Below are positions 57,556 to 64,000 of a stretch of DNA of 64,000 nucleotides, in pieces. The stretch lies in the IMG/VR virus record IMGVR_UViG_3300012855_000001, positions 1,419 to 65,418 of that record. One strand, given 5' to 3'. This DNA comes from a virus (taxonomy: Duplodnaviria > Caudoviricetes). Position numbers and translations under genes: made by a program. The notes beneath the pieces are model-generated. The model was given only the letters and a program-made list of their open reading frames with translations, ran no database searches and had not been told where the DNA came from. Within the stretch, counting starts at the first letter, position 1. The number at the start of each line of letters is the position of its first letter.

Positions 57556-57822
57556 ATGGCTAAGAAAACAGTTTACAAACCTACTGCCAAAGCCAAAGTA
57601 TTGAGGCCTAGAGTGTGGCTCCAGATCGAGGGCAACCGTCAAATGGTTGCCCTCGGCGGGGAGTTGATTTTACGACCTGGTACAGACAAAGAGCGGACGG
57701 TAAAAGAGGCAACACAGGAACAGTATAAGGCAGCCTATGAGCAAGGCATGACCGAGTACGTAAAAAAAGAGCAGGTAAATGTACAAGCTAAACAACCCAA
57801 TACCGAGGGCGATAAAGGATGA
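57556..57822 (+). CDS. Small hypothetical protein
   Basis: 88-aa ORF. Confidence 0.6.
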   Translation: MAKKTVYKPTAKAKVLRPRVWLQIEGNRQMVALGGELILRPGTDKERTVKEATQEQYKAAYEQGMTEYVKKEQVNVQAKQPNTEGDKG

Positions 57823-59155
57823 GGACAGGCTCTCAGCGTTTTATCTGGGTTATAAGCTTGTGCCATACGTAGGTACCAGCCAGTACACCAGCCATAATTT
57901 TCTGAGGTTGTTGCATGATATGTACGACCTCAGCCCATCCCACCAGGCCTGCATTGATGACCTGGCTTTTTACTGCTTTGGCGGCAACGCCAACGTTGTG
58001 CGGGCCCCTATCCCAGGCATTGAGAACGAGGTAGACATGGCCAGCCCAGATGAGGCTGGGTTTGTCCAGGAGACCCTGGAGAGTGTAGGCCTGGACATTA
58101 TGGATTTTCCAGAACATGCTGAGTTTCTTTACAGGGATTACAAAAAAACTGGCAACGCTTATTTACGTTTCCAGGTTTACACGTTTGGGGGGGTACCCAC
58201 CGTCCGGCTGGACTACCTTGACCCACTAGACACAATGTACCTGGCAACATCTCCAGGAGAACCCACCACAGTCATACACAGTGAGGATTTGTTTGAGGGC
58301 CGTTTCACCAAATACCCTGAGACGTTGAACGTTTACCCATTTTGGGGTGAGACGGCTGACGGTAATGGGGTGGAAACGGTGATACATTTTAAGCACAGGC
58401 GAGACCATGCCACCCGGTACGGGAGGCCTGACTCCCTCGCAACGCTCACCGCTCAACTGACTGAGTGGGAAAAATTCAACCATGAGCTAAAGGTGGCCGG
58501 CAGTGAAGTGGCACAAAAAGCATTACTAGCATTTAAGAAGAAACGCACAGCCAGGAATGTGCCAGGGGTGACCACTAACATGCAAGATAATGAGTTTCAG
58601 CGCATGGCCTCCAGGCTCAGAAAAAAGGGCACAAACCGCGGCCAATATGAGGACGTGGAGACCATTGGCGTAATTACCTACGAGGAGGAGGCCCCAAAAA
58701 TGTTTAAGCTCGAAATTGACAGGGATTGGAGGCACTTACAGACCAGCATGGACATGGTGACCAGTGCGATATACCACCAGGGGCACAGGTGGAGCCAGAT
58801 GTTGAACGGACACAGAAAACTGGCCAGCTCCATTGGTGGCAATTCCCTCATTGATCAGTTTAAAGTTACCAACACAGCTATTGTGGCACCGACTCAGAGA
58901 CGCTGGGAGCGTGGCTTTTTTTCGGTGCTGCTCAAACTGGTGGCAGAGATCACTGGCCGGGAGGAGTTGACAAACTACTCCATACGCATGGAGGACAAAA
59001 TTGAGAAGCTGGTGCAAACCCTGTCTGCCCAGACTATAGGGGACAGTAACGGAGGTGAGGCACCAGACCCCACCACAGACCCCACAACGAACAACCTACA
59101 GCCAGACCCCAGTGAGGGGGACAGCGGAGATGGAGAGACAGGGGACGGCGAATAA
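57779..59155 (+). CDS. Portal protein
   Basis: 458 aa; MYDLSPSHQACI, YKKTGNAY and YGRPD motifs; acidic C-terminal tail. Confidence 0.8.
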   Translation: MYKLNNPIPRAIKDEDRLSAFYLGYKLVPYVGTSQYTSHNFLRLLHDMYDLSPSHQACIDDLAFYCFGGNANVVRAPIPGIENEVDMASPDEAGFVQETLESVGLDIMDFPEHAEFLYRDYKKTGNAYLRFQVYTFGGVPTVRLDYLDPLDTMYLATSPGEPTTVIHSEDLFEGRFTKYPETLNVYPFWGETADGNGVETVIHFKHRRDHATRYGRPDSLATLTAQLTEWEKFNHELKVAGSEVAQKALLAFKKKRTARNVPGVTTNMQDNEFQRMASRLRKKGTNRGQYEDVETIGVITYEEEAPKMFKLEIDRDWRHLQTSMDMVTSAIYHQGHRWSQMLNGHRKLASSIGGNSLIDQFKVTNTAIVAPTQRRWERGFFSVLLKLVAEITGREELTNYSIRMEDKIEKLVQTLSAQTIGDSNGGEAPDPTTDPTTNNLQPDPSEGDSGDGETGDGE

Positions 59156-59167
59156 AAAGCAAAAGAC

Positions 59168-59893
59168 ATGGCCCGAACGATCATAAACAAAGAGGAGGTA
59201 ATTGACTTCCTGGAACTGGAGCACCCGTTTGTTGACCGGCCCTCCATTAGGGGCATATTGCTGGCTGAATTAAAGCTAAAACAGACCTGCCTGGGGGATT
59301 TTTACGACTCCCTAAAAACAGACGTTAACGACTACACCACGGAGCCAGAGTACAGCCCTGGGACATACAACACGGGGGACGTGGTTTTATACCGTGGGGT
59401 GTACCGGGAGGCAACACAGACAACCACAAAGGAGCCAAATTTTAGCTCAGCCTGGAGGGACGCTCCAAAGTTTTCCAACGCAGGGTATACGGATTTGTGG
59501 GAGAATGGGCTGGGCCTGTTGTTTGCCTCGGTAGTAATGCTCCACTCATTGCCTTTGATCGTCACAAAGCTCAGGAGCACAGGGGCCAAAAAGCTCCAGA
59601 CGGGGACGGCCCAGGCGGCTCCAGACATCAACACAGAGGATTTGGGGCACTACTTTGCAGACCAGGCAACAGCAGCCCTGGAGGTAGTGCGGCACCAGCT
59701 AGAGGCAAACCCACTGCCAGGCTCTGACTCTGTTATAAATAGCGATGCCACCCACTGTACATGCAATAAAACTGAGCTGGCAGAGATCAACGCAATGGAG
59801 CGGCTGTTTTACGGGCAGATAAAAACCTCTCATGTTGGGCAATGCAGCTATTGCCAAAACAGGTGGAGCCAAAGTCCCTATGGTGTATATTAG
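59168..59893 (+). CDS. Head-tail adaptor-like protein with an internal CBM5/12-like motif
   Basis: Follows the portal; YSPGTYNTGDVVLYRGVYREA...P...W. Confidence 0.5.
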   Translation: MARTIINKEEVIDFLELEHPFVDRPSIRGILLAELKLKQTCLGDFYDSLKTDVNDYTTEPEYSPGTYNTGDVVLYRGVYREATQTTTKEPNFSSAWRDAPKFSNAGYTDLWENGLGLLFASVVMLHSLPLIVTKLRSTGAKKLQTGTAQAAPDINTEDLGHYFADQATAALEVVRHQLEANPLPGSDSVINSDATHCTCNKTELAEINAMERLFYGQIKTSHVGQCSYCQNRWSQSPYGVY

Positions 59894-60236
59894 CAGCATG
59901 GTTTTAGAGGAAATAAAGCACAGGGTGCAGCAGCTCAGCGATGCTGCCGAGAAGCGGCTGTGGAAGCTCACAAAAGCCTCTATTATGTCTGGAGGCACCA
60001 AAGCCCCAGAGGAGGTGGTAAAAGCCCGTGAGCGGGCGTGTGAGACCTCCCAGGGCGGTAAACCATGCCAGTACAACGGAATGGTGGAGCCTATCAGAGA
60101 GGGAGGAGCTGTAAAGCTCCCAGGCTGTACCCAGTGCGGATGCCCTTTTGAAACCAAACGCCAGCTCCTGACGCTCGGCACAGTAAAAGTTAAATGCCCA
60201 CTCGGTTTGTGGGATTTTGAGAACCAAAATTTATAA
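59880..60236 (+). CDS. Cys-rich small protein
   Basis: C...C...CTQCGCP...CPLGLW. Confidence 0.6.
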   Translation: MVYISSMVLEEIKHRVQQLSDAAEKRLWKLTKASIMSGGTKAPEEVVKARERACETSQGGKPCQYNGMVEPIREGGAVKLPGCTQCGCPFETKRQLLTLGTVKVKCPLGLWDFENQNL

Positions 60237-60239
60237 ACG

Positions 60240-61016
60240 ATGTCTAGCACATTTGCAAACGTTATATCTGTTGAGGAGCGTGGCCGACTGAAAGCAAACC
60301 CCAACAGTGCTATTGACCCACAAATGGTGGAGATTGGTAAAAATGCGTGTGACGGCTATGGAGCACCAGGCCGGGACGTAATTAAAGCCATTGACGGTAA
60401 CCTCATCTCCATTTCCATTGACGGCGTGGAGTATACCTTTGACAGCCCAGTGGATTACACAGACGCGGCAGCCGTTGAGGCAGCTATTGCCGAAAAACTG
60501 GAGAACTCAGGCACAGACGCTGAGTACAACATCTGGGTAAAGGCAAAGTATGACTCAGACGCTGACACCACTGTGGTGACCCATGACGGCCAGCGCACTA
60601 TCAACAACGTCAAAAAGTCCGGCGGTACCTTTACGGCAGCCCGCACCACCCTGGTGTATGCTGTGGCCAAATACTCCCTGGCTGACCAGGTGGGTGCACT
60701 CGGCCCAGTGGCTTACAACGGCACTGAGGATGCCCTCGACAATACCCCATACGCACACTCAGGCACCCCTGCAACAGATGCCACCACCGCAGGCACTCTG
60801 GCAACAGACCTGGCAGCCTCCCTGGCAAACGTTGGCCTGACTGTTGTGGATGACGAGGTGCTGTACCGGGGCCCAGGCGGCGTGTCTGTGACCGTGGATA
60901 ACGTCAATGAGGCGTACGACATCGAGTTCTGGATTAAGATGCCAGAGGGGCCGGTAATGATCGGAGGCACAGCCCTGGTGCCAGTTGAGAACAAAATTGA
61001 GATCATCCCCGCGTAA
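60240..61016 (+). CDS. Putative virion structural protein
   Basis: Ala/Thr/Asp-rich, 258 aa, followed by a terminator. Confidence 0.5.
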   Translation: MSSTFANVISVEERGRLKANPNSAIDPQMVEIGKNACDGYGAPGRDVIKAIDGNLISISIDGVEYTFDSPVDYTDAAAVEAAIAEKLENSGTDAEYNIWVKAKYDSDADTTVVTHDGQRTINNVKKSGGTFTAARTTLVYAVAKYSLADQVGALGPVAYNGTEDALDNTPYAHSGTPATDATTAGTLATDLAASLANVGLTVVDDEVLYRGPGGVSVTVDNVNEAYDIEFWIKMPEGPVMIGGTALVPVENKIEIIPA

Positions 61017-61125
61017 GCGATAAGGGCATAAAGTTGTAACCTGTGTGGCCTGCCAGCCATAGAGAACCCCCTGCCCATTGTTGGTGGGGGGTTTGTCGTT
61101 TGGAGGGCCCCGCAAAAGTTAAGAT

Positions 61126-62127
61126 ATGAGGTTTATTTTTACACTCTGTTTTGTACTGGGGATGTCCAGTTTATATGCCCAGGTGGACACCACCATAACA
61201 CGAAAATTTGACCTGGAGTGTGTGGATGGGGACACCCTTTTAAATGACCCATATTGTGACTTTTGCCAGGTAAATGAGCCTTACCTGTTCTATGGCATAA
61301 AGGTGACATCTCCCAACAATAGATTTGAGTACATACGCCACCCGTACACAATACAGCAGGTGGGCGCAACTTTTGTGGAGATAGGGTACGACCAAACCGA
61401 GAGCTTTTTTATTGACTACAGAAAAACCACGTTTGAGTCAGCAGGTATAAAAACACTCCTGGACTCTCTCAACGGGTGCCCTGAGCCTCCCCCACCAGAG
61501 GGCGGCGGTTGTACTTTGATAGATACCTTTTACATCTCAAACGACTCTATTTGCATAAAACTGGACTGCCAGGAGGAGCTGTTTTGCCAGAACCTGAGCC
61601 AGTACAGAGACAGCCTCAGCGTGGGTGGTGTAACTATTTTCCGGGAGTATTGGTCAGAGATCAATGGCAACCAGGTGGCTGTCACCGTCAACGGTGGACT
61701 CCTGCCAGACAACACCAACCAGCTCAGCGTAAAAGTGGAGGGCCAAAAGATGAAAGAGGGCCCACCAGGCGTGGGGGACTATACAGTGAGCGGCTCGTTT
61801 ATCAATTTCAACTATGTCCTGGAGGATGAGGACGTGGAGGCCTGGTTTATTTACGAGTCTGGCCCCGTTGAGGTTTACCGGGAGTATTTCACCTCATTGT
61901 CCACCACGAGCCTCTCAGTGAGCGTAAACGGTGGAGTGGTTCCAGTGCTCAACCAGGCGTTAAAAGTGTACGTGGAGGGGCAGAAAATGGCAGAGGGCCC
62001 GGCGGGGGATTATGAGCTGAGCGGCAATACTGTGCAATTCAAATACACCCTGGAGGATGAGGACGTGGAGGTATGGTTTATTATGAATACCTCGGACGTT
62101 GGTTTTTTAGGGCTGTTTAAAAACTGA
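61126..62127 (+). CDS. Exported Cys-rich protein with a duplicated C-terminal domain
   Basis: MRFIFTLCFVLGMSSLYA|Q signal; two REY...VNGG...VEGQKM...GDY...LEDEDVE.WF domains. Confidence 0.7.
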   Translation: MRFIFTLCFVLGMSSLYAQVDTTITRKFDLECVDGDTLLNDPYCDFCQVNEPYLFYGIKVTSPNNRFEYIRHPYTIQQVGATFVEIGYDQTESFFIDYRKTTFESAGIKTLLDSLNGCPEPPPPEGGGCTLIDTFYISNDSICIKLDCQEELFCQNLSQYRDSLSVGGVTIFREYWSEINGNQVAVTVNGGLLPDNTNQLSVKVEGQKMKEGPPGVGDYTVSGSFINFNYVLEDEDVEAWFIYESGPVEVYREYFTSLSTTSLSVSVNGGVVPVLNQALKVYVEGQKMAEGPAGDYELSGNTVQFKYTLEDEDVEVWFIMNTSDVGFLGLFKN

Positions 62128-62132
62128 GGTTT

Positions 62133-62516
62133 ATGTTGATCATTCGAGAGCAAAAGAGGGAGATAACCTTTAAGGTGCCTAATGGGCTGAGCACTGAGCC
62201 AGTAGTCTGTTTTAGTGTAACGCACCTGTTTAGGCCATTAAGCAAAGACGGTTTATTTGTCCAGGCAGAGGTGCTGGACATTCCTGGCCCGGAAATTGTC
62301 CGGCTAACAGTAACCAGCCGAAAGGCGGGCAAGGACTCACCGTATGGCATGGTGGACACCCGCGTGGGGGATTTGGTTAGGTTAAACCTTAAAATATCAA
62401 AAGGGCTGGTGGTAGCTGAGTTAAAGCACCCCAGCCTCCCAGAGGACGGGGCAAAGCACCATTATGGGCACAGCCGCTGCAATTGGCTTTGGCTGAGTAA
62501 ATCCTGGGCGTTTTAA
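62133..62516 (+). CDS. Hypothetical protein
   Basis: 127-aa ORF. Confidence 0.55.
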   Translation: MLIIREQKREITFKVPNGLSTEPVVCFSVTHLFRPLSKDGLFVQAEVLDIPGPEIVRLTVTSRKAGKDSPYGMVDTRVGDLVRLNLKISKGLVVAELKHPSLPEDGAKHHYGHSRCNWLWLSKSWAF

Positions 62517-62963
62517 TTGTATGCACAAAAAAAAATTGAGTGGATGGGATGGTATATACCACCAGTAAGGATGAGGGCAAAAGTCAGAACAGGTAACAAT
62601 TTAGAGCTGGACGTAAAGGAGAGCAAACGTTTGCTGTCTTTTGTGTACGGCTTTTTGTGGCTCGTTTCTGCCAGGGTTAACGTGTACGTTGAGCGGCACA
62701 ATGAGACAGCCTTTTTTATATCGGCTACAGTCAAGGCAAAAGGCAGGACGTACAGGATACACAGGCGGGTGTCCAGCCCTGAGAACTGTTTTATAATTGC
62801 CCAGGTAAAGGACGGCAAGGCCTCTATATCAATCGAGCGGGCCGGCAGGTGTTTTGATGAGGTCTCATTTAATCTAGGTAACAGCCTGGGCCGGCAGTTA
62901 ATGAGGTTAAACTTTACCAACAGGCCACACATTGAGTGGGTTGAGTGGGTTGATGCTAAATAA
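62517..62963 (+). CDS. Hypothetical basic protein
   Basis: 148-aa ORF. Confidence 0.6.
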   Translation: MYAQKKIEWMGWYIPPVRMRAKVRTGNNLELDVKESKRLLSFVYGFLWLVSARVNVYVERHNETAFFISATVKAKGRTYRIHRRVSSPENCFIIAQVKDGKASISIERAGRCFDEVSFNLGNSLGRQLMRLNFTNRPHIEWVEWVDAK

Positions 62964-62971
62964 TTAAAGAG

Positions 62972-64000
62972 ATGACACACAGAGTAATTTTAATCCTATT
63001 GTTTTTCCTGGGAGCGTACTGTGCCGGGGCACAAAACCCTCCTGTTTCATCTAACCCACCAGCAGACCCAGTGAGCAGGATTAAGCCCTACCGAATAGAG
63101 GGCAGCTCCTACCCTGGCCAGATCATTGTGGCAGACCAGTACAACGATGGCCGATGGGGTGACTCTCTGTATTACTGGGAGGGAGTCCTGGTAATTAATG
63201 GAGACACGGCCGTGGTTGAGTACCAGGTGGTGGATTTGTTCTCCATTACCTCCGACATTCTCAGCATAAGCCTGAGCAATGACAACCAGGCACCGCTCAC
63301 CGTGGATTTGTCCCCCTACCTGGACAACACTGATGACCAGGGCGTGGATAACTTTTCCCTCAGTGGCACCACATTGACACTGGAAATTGAAACAGACGGA
63401 CAGGGGCCTCACACAGTAGACCTGGCAGCTCTCCAGGACGGTACCGGGACGGATGACCAAACGCTCAGCTATACACTAGGCGGCACCTTATCCATTGAGG
63501 ATGGCAACAGCGTGGATTTGTCGGATTTGCTGGACAATACAGATGACCAAGGGGTGGACAATTTCTCCCTGAGTGGCACCACGTTGACCCTCGAAATTGA
63601 AAACGATGGGCAAACGCCACACACAGTGGATTTAAGCTCCCTCACTGGAGTGGGCACAGATGACCAGACGGTGGACACGCTCAGCCTGTCCGGCACTATT
63701 CTGACCATTGCTTTGGAGGATGACAATGAGGCACCGTATACGCTCGACCTGGCAAGCCTCCAGGATGGCACGGGCACAGATGACCAGACGCTCAGCCTGG
63801 TGGGTAACTCTCTGAGCATAGAGAGTGGCAACAGCGTTGATTTATCCCCCTACCTGGACAACACGGATGACCAGCAAGTGGACAATTTCTCCCTCAGTGG
63901 CACCACATTGACACTGGAAATTGAGGCAGATGGCCAGGCCCCTCATACTGTAGATTTGAGCGGGCTGACTGGCACGGGTACAGATGACCAGACGGTGGAC
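62972..64000 (+). CDS. Signal-peptide fibre-like repeat protein, 3'-truncated (not in the ORF track)
   Basis: My translation: MTHRVILILLFFLGAYCAGA|QNPP..., then TDDQTLSL/TDDQGVDNFSLSGTTLTLEIE repeats; open to the window end. Confidence 0.85.
   Translation, partial: MTHRVILILLFFLGAYCAGAQNPPVSSNPPADPVSRIKPYRIEGSSYPGQIIVADQYNDGRWGDSLYYWEGVLVINGDTAVVEYQVVDLFSITSDILSISLSNDNQAPLTVDLSPYLDNTDDQGVDNFSLSGTTLTLEIETDGQGPHTVDLAALQDGTGTDDQTLSYTLGGTLSIEDGNSVDLSDLLDNTDDQGVDNFSLSGTTLTLEIENDGQTPHTVDLSSLTGVGTDDQTVDTLSLSGTILTIALEDDNEAPYTLDLASLQDGTGTDDQTLSLVGNSLSIESGNSVDLSPYLDNTDDQQVDNFSLSGTTLTLEIEADGQAPHTVDLSGLTGTGTDDQTVD

Noticed and set aside
61085-61102. GGTTTGTCGTT as a third antisense seed
   Set aside because: One mismatch, and it is simply the 3' arm and U-rich tail of a terminator hairpin.
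1-64000. Alternative genetic code (TAG or TGA recoding)
   Set aside because: Large genes are intact in code 11 and TAG ends several genes normally; only one internal TAG case was seen.
1-64000. Apparent excess of CCWGG
   Set aside because: Plausibly explained by codon preference (CTG-GAG, CTC-CAG-G); not quantifiable by eye.

Overview
The whole window is a tailed dsDNA phage genome segment, siphovirus-like (long tape measure protein, tail tube, no sheath gene seen). All credible genes are on the + strand, and I saw no host genes, integrase, tRNA, CRISPR array or reverse transcriptase. Promoters match the Bacteroidota primary-sigma consensus (TTTG-N20-(T/C)AnnTTTG), so the host is inferred to be in Bacteroidota. 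Layout: tail-fibre-like repeat genes (1-5.6 kb); a structured non-coding block (6.1-6.5 kb); replication and recombination genes (6.5-24 kb: lambda-O-like initiator with internal iterons, TopoVI-A-like protein, primase-helicase, SSB, RuvC-like, Sak/Rad52-like, DnaQ-like, C5 methylase); terminase (26-28 kb); an array of promoter-gene-terminator cassettes (28.4-35.8 kb); second C5 methylase, HTH regulator and amidase endolysin (36-41 kb); morphogenesis genes (41-64 kb). Best leads: (1) many genes share a 5' leader (12 exact ACCACAAACCA copies plus about 10 ACACAAACC variants), and two short terminator-ended non-coding units (about 6314-6403 and 14371-14457) carry its antisense in an exposed linker, suggesting phage sRNAs acting on a whole regulon at translation; (2) four tail-fibre/virion-like proteins carry Sec signal peptides predicted to cleave before Gln, suggesting export; (3) a dyad operator sits over the cassette promoters and over the HTH gene's own operon; (4) a membrane-anchored PAS-domain protein, a subtilisin in the tail module, and a probable -1 frameshift in a displaced tail chaperone. 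All family assignments are motif recognition by eye; no database search was run.
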